62,769 nucleotides of DNA from Opitutaceae bacterium (GCA_009886465.1 QXZH01000044.1:8316-71084); one strand, 5' to 3'; shown: positions 19,948 to 31,248, counted from the first letter of the stretch. Numbers and translations are program-made. The notes: generated by a model not told the origin, from the sequence alone.

Positions 19948-21177
19948 ATGAAAAGCACATCTCATCTTCTTTTACAATGCTTAACCGCTAGTTTACTGCC
20001 TTGGATAGTTTCCTCAAGCGCAATGGCAGCACCGCTCGTGTCGATTGGTAATAATACAGACATCTTCTTCAATGGTTCGTCGAGCCTTCGCTGGTCTTCT
20101 AACGTTTTTCGGGACGAGGGCAATGAAGAGTCGGATTTGTCATGGACAGTCTCGCCTGGTTTCGAAATCAATGTAGGTCGAGGTGTTTCAAATGCGGATC
20201 TTACTGTTATCACCCGCTATGATGTTGTCAGCTACCAAGATAATGATCAGTTGGATACAGAACTTTTCCACGTAGAAGCAATGGGCTCATATGAAACTAG
20301 CCGCCTTAGCTTGAGTAGTAACTTGTCATTTGGTGAATACAAACTTAACAGCGGCGATAGAAATGTTGTCGCCGATTTGGTTGAGTTTGACGATACTAAT
20401 GCTGATTTAGACGCGGAATATCAATTTTCTCCGAAGTTTAGTTTCAGCGCAGGATTTGATTACGATGAGAGGGAATTCCAAACTTACCAAGAAAGCTTTT
20501 CTAATCGTGAAACTACTCGTTTCCCGTTGAATGTTTATTATGAACTGACCCCCAAGCTTGATCTGAGTTTCGGCTACACCCACTCCACTACTGACATCCA
20601 AGGCAGAATTACCGGCAATGGGGCTGCTATTGAAGAACTCACTGGTTACGAAAACGACAATGACTTTTTCCACATCGGCCTAAGGGGCAATCTACTCACC
20701 AAATTGACTGGTTATTTCAAAATTGGTTACCGCACGACAAGTGCGGACGACACTAATCGTCTTGTAAATGGAGCCATCGTCCAGATAATCGAACGTGATG
20801 ACTCAGGCATGCTTGGCCTTGATGCGAATTTTACTTGGATGGCCTCTAACAAGTTATCGATGCAACTTGCCCTCTCTAGCGACTACACCACTGGCGGCTT
20901 GGGCGAAGCTACAGAAATAATTTCGGCTAATCTCACGGGCAACTACTCGATTAACAGTCAGTGGTCAGCCATGGCCAACCTCGGTTACATTGACCGTGAT
21001 TCCACGTATGTCGGTCGTCAGGACGAACAACTCAATAGTGGACTACGTTTTATGTATTCTCTAAACGAGTATTGGCGGTTCAGCGCTGGCTACACCTACT
21101 ATGAAAATGATTCGAATCAGGTCAATAGAAGTTACGAAAGCCAGACTCTGGATTTGACAGCGATCCTCCGCTATTAA
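19948..21177 (+). CDS. Outer-membrane beta-barrel associated with polysaccharide export
   Basis: Signal peptide, alternating beta-strand pattern, C-terminal LDLTAILRY, directly upstream of the OPX gene. Confidence 0.8.
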   Translation: MKSTSHLLLQCLTASLLPWIVSSSAMAAPLVSIGNNTDIFFNGSSSLRWSSNVFRDEGNEESDLSWTVSPGFEINVGRGVSNADLTVITRYDVVSYQDNDQLDTELFHVEAMGSYETSRLSLSSNLSFGEYKLNSGDRNVVADLVEFDDTNADLDAEYQFSPKFSFSAGFDYDEREFQTYQESFSNRETTRFPLNVYYELTPKLDLSFGYTHSTTDIQGRITGNGAAIEELTGYENDNDFFHIGLRGNLLTKLTGYFKIGYRTTSADDTNRLVNGAIVQIIERDDSGMLGLDANFTWMASNKLSMQLALSSDYTTGGLGEATEIISANLTGNYSINSQWSAMANLGYIDRDSTYVGRQDEQLNSGLRFMYSLNEYWRFSAGYTYYENDSNQVNRSYESQTLDLTAILRY

Positions 21178-21207
21178 TAGCCTGCAACTTTCTTCTTTTT
21201 TGCTGGT

Positions 21208-21236
21208 CAAAATGTCTCTTGCTTGAGGCATTTTTT
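21208..21236 (+). terminator. Terminator-like hairpin between the beta-barrel and OPX genes
   Basis: aaaatgtctc-ttgctt-gaggcatttt followed by T; weak AT-rich stem. Confidence 0.35.
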
Positions 21237-21241
21237 ACTTT

Positions 21242-21913
21242 ATGAAGCAGCTTTCCTTATTTATCTCATTTTGTTTTTTCTTTCCGACATTACTTTTGCA
21301 GGCCCAAGAATCGGGTGGCGGCAGTGGCAGCGGCGGCAGTAGCGACTCTTACAGCTCTGGATCTTCTGGATCTTCCAGCGGTGGAGGAGGCGTAGGAATT
21401 GTTGTGAGTGAGAATTATATTCTAAAACCCTCAGATGTCATTTCGATTGATGTCTATCAAGAGGTCGATCTTAATAAGAGCGCCCGAATCCAGGGAGATG
21501 GATCAGTTGCACTCGCACTCATAGGGAAGGTTAAAGTAGCTGGAATGACTGCAGGAGAAGCGCAGTCTTTGATTATAGACCTGTATAATCGTGATTATTT
21601 GGTCGATCCCCAAGTTTCCCTTCTTGTCGTGGAATTTTCGCCGAAGGTCATTCACATCCTAGGCTCGGTGAATAACCCTGGGGTCGTTTCTATTCCACCA
21701 GACAGGGACTTAACTTTAACAGAAGCGATAGCCAGTGTCCGCGGAGTGAGTCGATTAGGAAACCCGAAATCAATGACTATTAAACGCGTCGGAGAGGACG
21801 GTCGAGCTCGTCAGATGGAAGTCAATTTTAGCCGGATCATCCAAGATCCTAACTCGAAAGATATTATACTCAAGGAGGGCGATACCATCTGGGTGCCTGA
21901 GCGTATTATTTAA
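21242..21913 (+). CDS. wza: Short Wza/OPX polysaccharide export protein (Poly_export + SLBB)
   Basis: YILKPSDVISIDVY, DGSVALALIGKVKVAGMT, GSVNNPG, LKEGDTIWVP. Confidence 0.88.
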   Translation: MKQLSLFISFCFFFPTLLLQAQESGGGSGSGGSSDSYSSGSSGSSSGGGGVGIVVSENYILKPSDVISIDVYQEVDLNKSARIQGDGSVALALIGKVKVAGMTAGEAQSLIIDLYNRDYLVDPQVSLLVVEFSPKVIHILGSVNNPGVVSIPPDRDLTLTEAIASVRGVSRLGNPKSMTIKRVGEDGRARQMEVNFSRIIQDPNSKDIILKEGDTIWVPERII

Positions 21914-21926
21914 CTCCTTTCAATAT

Positions 21927-24272
21927 ATGAAGAATGATTACGTAAGAGGTGCTCCTGATCCTAACTCTGGCGGCTATGGTAGCGGTGGTTACGGTTATGG
22001 CGGCGGTGGTGGTTATGGCGGCGGTAATTATGGCTATGGCGGCTATGGCGGCGGTAATTATGGCTATGGCGGCTATGGCGGCTATGGTGACGGGGCTGGT
22101 CCTCAACGTTCTTTTAAGGATTATTTTTTAATATTTCGTGAGCGCATCTGGTATTTGCTCGTCGCATTTGCCATCATATTTTCTGGGTCTATTTTGTATA
22201 CTTTGAATAAGACCAAAGTTTACACCGCGGTTTCGCAAGTGCAGCTCTTTCGTGATGATGCTTCCGCACTCGGTGCATATGGACAAGGTACGGAGATGGA
22301 GCTAAACCAGATTCTCGGTGCAGAAGATTTTAACACGCAGATTATTGTCTTTGAGAGCCTAAACATTATGAGGGGCGTGGAGCAACGCCTGCAGGACGAA
22401 ATGCGTGAGCGCTTCATGGCTCCCTACATGGATACATTGAGCTTTAGTGGGCCGCTGACTCCACTCGAGGTTTTGGCGGAGAACCGGGAAGTAATTCCAC
22501 GGCGCATGAGTCTCATGATCAACCTCGCCTACTCACATCCTGACCCTTTTATAGCAGCCGAGGTGGCTAATCTTTTTGCGAAGGAGTTCATCGACTACAA
22601 TTTAAAGCTAAACATTGATGGCTCCATGAAAGCGGTTGAGGATCTGCGCATACGTGCTGATCAGCAGAAAGACCGTGTTGAAGAGCTTGAGTTGAAATTG
22701 GCGGAATATCGTGAGCAAAATAATGCGGTTTCACTCCAAAGTGATGAAAACATCGCAGGTGTCCAACTTGCCCACTTGAACGAGATAGAGCTCAGCAATA
22801 AAAATACTTACGATCAATTTCAAACCAAGTGGAATCAGGTTGAAACCTATCGTTTAGAGGGGAGAAACCTTTGGGAGCTTGCATTTGTAGCCGAACAGCC
22901 ACGTGTTTCTAGCTTACTGCAGCAAATATCAAGCACGCGTATTAGTATTTCCTCTGCGAGCAAGCGCTATCGGGAAAAGCACCCTGCCATGATTCAGCTT
23001 TTACAGACTCTCCAAGAGGGTGAATTAGAACTCGAGTTGGCAGTGCAGAACTCAGTTGATAAAATTTATGCTGGATATTCAGAATCAAAAAGTAATTTTG
23101 AGATGGCTAGTCTGCGGCTAGCTGAGAAGGAGAGAGAGCTCATTGAATTGGGCAAAACTAAGATTGAATTTAATTCACTCCTCCGAGATTTGGAAGTGCA
23201 ACAAAGCTTTTTCCAAGCACTCAATTTGCGCATGACGACGGAAAAGGCGCAGGTAAACCTCAAGAACCCGAATGCACGTGTTGTGGACGAGGCTTTTCCG
23301 CCGCCCGAAGACCAGCCTTCCTCGCCCAACATCGTTTTGAATTTGGCTGCAGGCTTTTTTGGCGGCATCGCTGTCGGAGTGGGACTCGTCTTCACAGTCG
23401 TTTTTCTTGATGATCGTGTAAAAAGCGCCTTTGATATTGAAGGTACGATCGGCTTGCCGATGCTAGGAGTGATACCCCGTATTAAGAAACTAGATTCTAA
23501 CACCAAGGCGCAGGCGGTGGCTTCTAATGTAGATAGCCATGTGACTGAAACTTTCCGTTCGATTCACTCGGCACTCAAACTAAACGAACAGAGTAAGAAT
23601 GCCAAAGTCTTCCTGGCGACTAGTACAGTTCCCGGTGAGGGTAAGTCGTTTGTTAGCTCTAATCTTTCGCTCACCTTTGCAAATCACGGGGAAAAGACGC
23701 TACTTATCGATTGTGATTTACGGCTACCGAATGTGGCGCGTTCGCTCCAACTCAAAAATGACCTTGGTCTGCTCGATTATGTTGAAAAGGGAGTCAGCTT
23801 GGAGAATGCTATTATCAAGGATGTTTGCCCTAATTTGGATGTCTTACCCACAGGTGGGAAGTCCAAGAATCCGACCCAAGTTCTGAACAGTGCCCAGTTC
23901 GAGGAATTGTTCGCAGTCCTGCGTGATCGTTACGACCGTATCGTAGTTGACTCGCCACCTCTTGCGGCGGTCAGTGATGCCCTGAACTTATTACCATTGG
24001 TAGATGGTGTGATATATATCATTAAATTCAACACGGTTAAAAGAAAGACTGCCGTCGTGAATGTTCGTCGACTTTGGGAGTCAAACACACCCGTGTATGG
24101 TGCGATTCTTAATAACATAACCAGCTCGCTATCCAGTTATTACTATTCGAATTATTCAGATAAGGCTTATAAAAATTATTACACTAATCAAGGAGAAGAG
24201 CTTGAACAAGTAGAAGAGCTTGAAGATGAGTTGCTTGGTGACATCGAGACCGAGTTAGAAAGTAAATCGTAA
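21927..24272 (+). CDS. wzc: Wzc/GumC polysaccharide co-polymerase with BY-kinase domain
   Basis: Two TM helices around a coiled coil, Walker A PGEGKS, A-prime IDCDLR, B VVDSPP, C-terminal Tyr cluster. Confidence 0.93.
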   Translation: MKNDYVRGAPDPNSGGYGSGGYGYGGGGGYGGGNYGYGGYGGGNYGYGGYGGYGDGAGPQRSFKDYFLIFRERIWYLLVAFAIIFSGSILYTLNKTKVYTAVSQVQLFRDDASALGAYGQGTEMELNQILGAEDFNTQIIVFESLNIMRGVEQRLQDEMRERFMAPYMDTLSFSGPLTPLEVLAENREVIPRRMSLMINLAYSHPDPFIAAEVANLFAKEFIDYNLKLNIDGSMKAVEDLRIRADQQKDRVEELELKLAEYREQNNAVSLQSDENIAGVQLAHLNEIELSNKNTYDQFQTKWNQVETYRLEGRNLWELAFVAEQPRVSSLLQQISSTRISISSASKRYREKHPAMIQLLQTLQEGELELELAVQNSVDKIYAGYSESKSNFEMASLRLAEKERELIELGKTKIEFNSLLRDLEVQQSFFQALNLRMTTEKAQVNLKNPNARVVDEAFPPPEDQPSSPNIVLNLAAGFFGGIAVGVGLVFTVVFLDDRVKSAFDIEGTIGLPMLGVIPRIKKLDSNTKAQAVASNVDSHVTETFRSIHSALKLNEQSKNAKVFLATSTVPGEGKSFVSSNLSLTFANHGEKTLLIDCDLRLPNVARSLQLKNDLGLLDYVEKGVSLENAIIKDVCPNLDVLPTGGKSKNPTQVLNSAQFEELFAVLRDRYDRIVVDSPPLAAVSDALNLLPLVDGVIYIIKFNTVKRKTAVVNVRRLWESNTPVYGAILNNITSSLSSYYYSNYSDKAYKNYYTNQGEELEQVEELEDELLGDIETELESKS
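21969..22088 (+). repeat. Gly-Tyr coding repeat with an exact 30-bp tandem duplication
   Basis: 22021-22050 equals 22051-22080 (gcggtaattatggctatggcggctatggcg). Confidence 0.95.
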
Positions 24273-24305
24273 TCCAATTTTGGATTATAAAACTTAGGAC
24301 CAATA

Positions 24306-24330
24306 CCCTGAAGCAATTCAGGGCATTTTA
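24306..24330 (+). terminator. Intrinsic terminator after wzc
   Basis: ccctgaa-gcaa-ttcaggg then short T run. Confidence 0.55.
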
Positions 24331-24483
24331 TCTTAAAAAGGCAGTCAGCGCCTGGTAATTGGAATTGATCGTTAGCTATTTTGTGGAATTTCAAGCTCCA
24401 CCAAGATTCCATAAGCGATCTACCTGCAAGTTTCATTCTGATTGTCTGAGCTCTTCTTGTGGTCTCCGACTGAAAATTAAGTT

Positions 24484-25506
24484 TTATTTATCAAGTACAA
24501 ATAGAACTGCAATCGCTAGTGCGATTCGATACCATGCAAATAATGCGAGGCCGTGTCGACTGAGATAAGCGACCAACCACTTGACCGCCAGCGCCGCTGA
24601 GATAAAAGCCACCAAACAACCTACGATTACGGGCCCGATTTCGAGGGCACGAATCATCTGCGATCCGTCCGTCAGCATTTTATATCCAGAGGCAGCACTT
24701 AGAGTGATTAATCCGAGCAAAAAACTGAATTCTGCTGCGTTCTTGGGCGATAGTCCCGCTAAGTAGCCACCCACAATAGTTGCCATTGATCGACTCGTTC
24801 CTGGCCACATCGCTAGGCATTGAAAGAGGCCGATCATGACTGATTGACGAATCGATAGGTCGTGTATCCCAGGGCCATCTTCTGGATCGATGGCACCTTT
24901 TTGCCTATGTCTCCGCCATTTTTCCACGATCAGCATGACCACTGCGCCCACGATGAGCGCACCAGCAACCGCTCTGATATTATTACCTAGTTTTGCTTCG
25001 ATCCAATCGTCAAGCAATAGGCCAACGATAGCTGCTGGTATAAAAGCACAGATTAGATTGATTGCCAATTTGCGGCCTTGAGGATTCTGGCCTATGCAAC
25101 CGAATAAAATCTGCAAGATCGTCTGCCAATAAAGCATGATTACTGCGGCGATGGCGCCTGCTTGAATCACAATGACATAGGCATAGGCGGCTTCGCCGAC
25201 TGTGTAGGGACGGGGATTTTCTAGATCTTCCTGAACCAGAATCCACTCTCCTTCAGTATCACGCACTGGCGTATTGTCATCTAAGTCGAGGAAAGCGTTT
25301 GTTAATATGAGATGCCCTGTGGAGGATACGGGAAGGTATTCTGTGATGCCCTCGACTATGCCTAGAATGATGGCATGACCGTAACTCAAATTAGCTGTTT
25401 TGACCCCTTCATCGGGATGTTTGGGTTCAACTGGCATGTTGCCCGCCGTAGATTGGCTTGTACAGAATGTGCTACAGAATGCGAGAAGGCAAAGTCGTAA
25501 GAGCAT
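24484..25506 (-). CDS. uppP: Undecaprenyl-diphosphatase
   Basis: GIVEGITEYLPVSSTGHL, PGTSRS, AAEFSFLLG. Confidence 0.95.
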   Translation of the reverse strand: MLLRLCLLAFCSTFCTSQSTAGNMPVEPKHPDEGVKTANLSYGHAIILGIVEGITEYLPVSSTGHLILTNAFLDLDDNTPVRDTEGEWILVQEDLENPRPYTVGEAAYAYVIVIQAGAIAAVIMLYWQTILQILFGCIGQNPQGRKLAINLICAFIPAAIVGLLLDDWIEAKLGNNIRAVAGALIVGAVVMLIVEKWRRHRQKGAIDPEDGPGIHDLSIRQSVMIGLFQCLAMWPGTSRSMATIVGGYLAGLSPKNAAEFSFLLGLITLSAASGYKMLTDGSQMIRALEIGPVIVGCLVAFISAALAVKWLVAYLSRHGLALFAWYRIALAIAVLFVLDK

Positions 25507-25637
25507 GCATTATACGGTAGCTGAAGCCGGTTTTATGGAAAGCAAGAAAAAGTGTCTATTTTGCACATCATTAGAATGCGCGGGATTAGATTTTGCTTGT
25601 GCAGAATCTTTGAACGTCTTCCCTGTAAACGACCCAG

Positions 25638-26696
25638 ATGCAAGAAATCGAACAGCTTACAAATACCCTCCTAGGCAAAAAAGACCTCAACTCAGGGCAG
25701 GCAATTGCAGCCGCTTCTTTGATCGCCTCTCCACAGGTAGACTCAGTGGCGAAACAAGCATTTCTGATAGCTCTTTCTGATAAAGGCGAAACTGCTACCG
25801 AGGTGGCTTCCTTTGCTGCTGCCTTCCGCAAGTTAGCACTAGACCCGGATGTAGAGGCATGGGCATCTCAAGCGATAGATGTTTGTGGAACCGGTGGGGA
25901 TGGCTCGAGCACTTTTAACATTTCGACAGCGGTTTCATTTATCGTTGCTTCGGCGGGTGTCCCTGTCTTCAAGCATGGCAACCGATCAATTACTTCGAAG
26001 TGTGGCAGTGCTGATCTGATTGAAGGGCTAGGTATTCGCCTCGATGCCCCACATGAGGTTCTTCGTGAGTCGCTAAAAGAGTTGAATTTTTGTTTCTTTT
26101 TCGCACCTTCGTTTCATCCAGCTTTTAAGGAAATTATGCCCGTACGTAAGGCACTGGCTGAGCAGAAGCGCCGTTCAATTTTTAATCTACTGGGCCCACT
26201 GATTAATCCTGGTCGGCCAGCTTATCAACTGATGGGTGTATTTGCTCGAGCTTGGGTCGAACCAATTGCGGGCGCTCTCGATGAAATCGGACTGAAGGCA
26301 GGATTGGTGGCACACTGCACACCAGCAGAGGGCTTGAATCTAGACGAGCTTAGCTGCGTAGGACTGAATCATATCGCTGGTTTCGGTTCTTTTCGTGGTC
26401 GCCTCGGCAATTTGAGTGTCGAGGAGGCAGGTTTAACGAGCTGTGGTCTGGATTCGCTAAAAGGCGGAGATGTCGACGACAATATTAGAATTTTAAACTT
26501 AATTTTCAATGGTCAGCGCGAAGAAGTTCCAGAGGGCTTGATTAATAGCATACTTCTTAACGCGGGCGCTGCTTTTTGGATCGCTGGTCGCAGTGACGAT
26601 TTATGCTCAGGAGTCGAACTTGCCCGCGGACTTTTGGAGTCAGGCAGTGCAGGGCAGTGGCTGAAAAAGGCTCAGTCTTTTTATTCAGATAAATAA
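25638..26696 (+). CDS. trpD: Anthranilate phosphoribosyltransferase
   Basis: DVCGTGGDG, NISTA, KHGNRSITSKCGSAD, FNLLGPLINP. Confidence 0.96.
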   Translation: MQEIEQLTNTLLGKKDLNSGQAIAAASLIASPQVDSVAKQAFLIALSDKGETATEVASFAAAFRKLALDPDVEAWASQAIDVCGTGGDGSSTFNISTAVSFIVASAGVPVFKHGNRSITSKCGSADLIEGLGIRLDAPHEVLRESLKELNFCFFFAPSFHPAFKEIMPVRKALAEQKRRSIFNLLGPLINPGRPAYQLMGVFARAWVEPIAGALDEIGLKAGLVAHCTPAEGLNLDELSCVGLNHIAGFGSFRGRLGNLSVEEAGLTSCGLDSLKGGDVDDNIRILNLIFNGQREEVPEGLINSILLNAGAAFWIAGRSDDLCSGVELARGLLESGSAGQWLKKAQSFYSDK

Positions 26697-26704
26697 CATT
26701 ATTT

Positions 26705-28057
26705 ATGGCTAAATATTTTGGAACGGACGGTATAAGAGGGCGCTTTGGGGCTTCATTGATTTGCCCGCGATTTGCATACCGGCTCGGATGCGCTCTCGGA
26801 AATTACCTGACTGAAATTCGCTTAAAAAAAACGCCTACTGTAGTGATTGGACGAGATACCCGTGCGAGCGGGGTCGCCTTAAGTGACGCTCTCATTTCAG
26901 GGCTAAATCGCCACGAGGTCTATGTTCATGATGCGAGTATTTTGCCCACGCCAGCAATCGCCAGAGCAGTGCTAGATCAGCATGCAGACCTCGGTATCGC
27001 GATCACGGCTTCTCACAATCCTTCATGCGACAATGGAATCAAGCTCTTCGACCATTCCGCTCACAAGCTAGACGAGGCGCAAGAGATCTTAATCGAGTCA
27101 TTCATTGATAAGGAGCCTGAGCCATCGGTAGACTTCCCCTTGGCTTATTCCCATCCCTTAGATGCTTCTGGTTCCTATATCAATTACCTCAGGTCTTTAA
27201 TGAATAAGGATTCTCTTTCTGACTGGCGTATCGTTTTAGACTTGGCCAACGGAGCTACGGTTAAAACCTCACCCTCAGTATTTCAGCACTGGGGAGCCGA
27301 AATGCTCTTAATCGGAGACAGGCCCGATGGGCTAAATATAAACGATGGTGTCGGAAGCGAATGCCCTGCACAGCTCGCCGAAGCGGTTCTTAAGCATGGA
27401 GCTCACATAGGTATTGCACACGATGGTGATGGCGATCGGCTTGTCGTTTGCGATGAAGGCGGCACCATAGTAGACGGTGATATTATCTTAGCTCTATTTG
27501 GTCGTTATGCCCTTAAGGCCGGCACTTTACAATCAGGCACTCTGGTTTCTACAATCCACAGTAATTTGGGCTTGGACCACGCGATAAGCGATGCGGGCGG
27601 ACAGGTGGATCGAGTCGACGTAGGTGATCGAAATGTGGCCAATCGTATGCGTGAATTGGGTGCAAATATCGGTGGAGAATCTTCTGGGCACATTATCTTT
27701 TCAGACTTTGCAACGACTGGAGATGGTTTACTGGCAGCTGTTAAGATCATTGAATTGATGCGCACGACTGGCAAAGCCCTCTCGGAACTACGAAGAGAGA
27801 TCACGCTTTTTCCGCAATCAACAGCAAACCTCAGAGTTGCCGAAAAGCGACCACTTGCTGACCTGAAGTTCTTGCAGTCAGTCATCAAGGCGACGGAACA
27901 AGATTTGGGTGAAGTAGGCCGTGTTCTTGTCCGCTACTCAGGCACTGAGTCGAAACTCCGCTTGTTGGTCGAGGGAAAGGATGGCTTGCAGGTTGCCAAA
28001 GCGATTAAAGCCATAGAAATCGCGGCAGGTAAGGATTTGGATGTAATTCACAGTTGA
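26705..28057 (+). CDS. glmM: Phosphoglucosamine mutase
   Basis: YFGTDGIRG, TASHNP, DGDGDR, GGESSGH, RYSGTE. Confidence 0.93.
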   Translation: MAKYFGTDGIRGRFGASLICPRFAYRLGCALGNYLTEIRLKKTPTVVIGRDTRASGVALSDALISGLNRHEVYVHDASILPTPAIARAVLDQHADLGIAITASHNPSCDNGIKLFDHSAHKLDEAQEILIESFIDKEPEPSVDFPLAYSHPLDASGSYINYLRSLMNKDSLSDWRIVLDLANGATVKTSPSVFQHWGAEMLLIGDRPDGLNINDGVGSECPAQLAEAVLKHGAHIGIAHDGDGDRLVVCDEGGTIVDGDIILALFGRYALKAGTLQSGTLVSTIHSNLGLDHAISDAGGQVDRVDVGDRNVANRMRELGANIGGESSGHIIFSDFATTGDGLLAAVKIIELMRTTGKALSELRREITLFPQSTANLRVAEKRPLADLKFLQSVIKATEQDLGEVGRVLVRYSGTESKLRLLVEGKDGLQVAKAIKAIEIAAGKDLDVIHS

Positions 28058-28093
28058 CCCTCAATCATATATACAGCCCTATAAATTTTATAA

Positions 28094-29497
<1,404 letters not shown>

Positions 29498-29557
29498 ACC
29501 CATGTCTGCTAAAAACACTTATTAGCAGACTTTGGACTAGATGAAATAAAACGCTTT

Positions 29558-30697
29558 TTATTTACGAAAGACGACGATTCGATTGCTGTTCGTGCCACGT
29601 GTGTTGTTGCGCACGCCCCAACAGTTGGCTGTCTTGGTGAAGGTCTGGCTATTAATCAGGGTGTATTCAACTTTAAGGCCAGCGGCTTGCCCGGCGAGGA
29701 TGATTTGCTCTTCCAGCTTTAGTTTCCCTTTGCGCACTTCGCCTACTTCGAGGGCGATGCGACCTTCGGGCTTGAGGACACGGCTCATTTCTTTGAGCGA
29801 AGCATTCATCTTAGCTGTCCAGTCTTCGAGCTTGCGTAGTTGCCAGAGCTTGCCCGGTTCAGGTTTGCATTGGCAGAACCAGTTGCGCAGCCAGTTATCA
29901 CCAACGTAGTTAACGATATCTAGGAAAGGTGGCGAGGTCACGATCAGCTGTACGGACTCGCTTTGAATCTCAGGCGTGGCATCGGCTGAGCGGCAGAGTA
30001 GGGTCGATGTGGTCGCGTTGTAATTGTTGGGAAGCCCCTGTCGAAGGAGGCTTTTCGACTTTTTTAGAATCAGTTCCTTCGTATTTCGATAATCTGGCTT
30101 TTGGCTTCGTTTAGCATTAATCTTACGCTGAGCGTTCAGCGTGGTGGCTTGATTGGGTGGCAATGTATAGACCGAGAAAAAGCCTTTTGAATGACCTGTT
30201 AGGCGATTGCAGGCTGTCATTTGAAGCCAAGCGTCGACCTCGTCAAAGATGCCTGTGGCTTGCCTAGCTTTGAAATAGCTACGCCAACCATAGAGTTCAG
30301 CGAGTGTTTGCTGTTCAAAAAAAACGAGTAGGTCCTTATCCTTGATCTCTACCTCAGGAAGCGTGATTTGTTCGATTCGTTGAGTAATCTTTTCCAAGTT
30401 CTGCTCGCAGAGGCGTGGGGCTGTCAAAATTGTGCTGAGTGGATTGACGTCATTGCCAATCACATTGTTTCCGAGCAGTTTTGCTTCGATCAGTGTGGTG
30501 CCGCGACCCATGAATGGGTCGTAGATCAATTGGCCAGGCTCCGCGTAACGCTCGATGAAATAGGCTGGTAGCTGAGGCTTGTAGCATGCTCGGTAAGAAA
30601 CCTCATGGATGGGGTGTCCGTAGCGTTGCTTGGCAGTCCAAAACTCGCCTTGTTTGATCGGTGGGGTGGATGGACGAGTGTTCTCTATTGTCGGCAT
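29558..30697 (-). CDS. DNA amino-methyltransferase (N4-C/N6-A type), orphan
   Basis: Motif I DPFMGRGTT near the N-terminus, motif IV TSPPF near the C-terminus; ATG at 30697 preferred. Confidence 0.88.
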   Translation of the reverse strand: MPTIENTRPSTPPIKQGEFWTAKQRYGHPIHEVSYRACYKPQLPAYFIERYAEPGQLIYDPFMGRGTTLIEAKLLGNNVIGNDVNPLSTILTAPRLCEQNLEKITQRIEQITLPEVEIKDKDLLVFFEQQTLAELYGWRSYFKARQATGIFDEVDAWLQMTACNRLTGHSKGFFSVYTLPPNQATTLNAQRKINAKRSQKPDYRNTKELILKKSKSLLRQGLPNNYNATTSTLLCRSADATPEIQSESVQLIVTSPPFLDIVNYVGDNWLRNWFCQCKPEPGKLWQLRKLEDWTAKMNASLKEMSRVLKPEGRIALEVGEVRKGKLKLEEQIILAGQAAGLKVEYTLINSQTFTKTANCWGVRNNTRGTNSNRIVVFRK

Positions 30698-30930
30698 GTT
30701 GCCTAAGATGGAGCTCAATACGCATAGTACAACGATAAATTACTAAGTATTTAATAAAATGAATAACCAGTAATCTCACTACTCAGAATAGCTACCCAAG
30801 CGTGGGAATTATATTGGTAAAGTGGGCTCTGGGACCACCGAAGCAGAGACAGCCCAAGCGAAGGTAAATGAGGAAGATCGTAACGAGGCCGATCTTTTTG
30901 TTGGTTTCCGACACCTTGTAAATCTATGAA

Positions 30931-31248
30931 CTAGAGGGGCTGGGCGAGGATGAATGGGCGTACGACCATAGCTTGAAAGCGGGCCTTTTCTTTTTCCCAG
31001 TGTTCAGCATGGAGCTCGCAGGGCTGGACGAGGTCGCCGCATTGGAGCCATTTCTGCACTTGAAACTGATCATCCTTTGCGAAGACCAGTCCCGCGGCCT
31101 TTAAGTCTAAGCTGGGGTCCACATAGATTAGATTGCCAGCTTCGAAATGCGGTTTTAGATAGCTCCAGTCGACCTCCCCGGAATACTTCTCTAATTTTTT
31201 GGTCTGAGAGAGTGTGTCCTCGGCTGGGCTAAAGTCTTCTTTAAACAT
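30931..31248 (-). CDS. DUF2288-like protein
   Basis: VDWSYLKPHF...VDPSLDL...DDQFQVQKWL...VVRPFILAQ pattern. Confidence 0.75.
   Translation of the reverse strand: MFKEDFSPAEDTLSQTKKLEKYSGEVDWSYLKPHFEAGNLIYVDPSLDLKAAGLVFAKDDQFQVQKWLQCGDLVQPCELHAEHWEKEKARFQAMVVRPFILAQPL

Noticed and set aside
21969-22088. CRISPR or DGR-like repeat
   Set aside because: In-frame coding low-complexity tract with no spacers, cas genes or reverse transcriptase
30823-30865. Glycine-riboswitch-like words (ctctgg, ccgaag, gcgaagg)
   Set aside because: No GGAGAG or CUCUCAGG core and no plus-strand gene downstream
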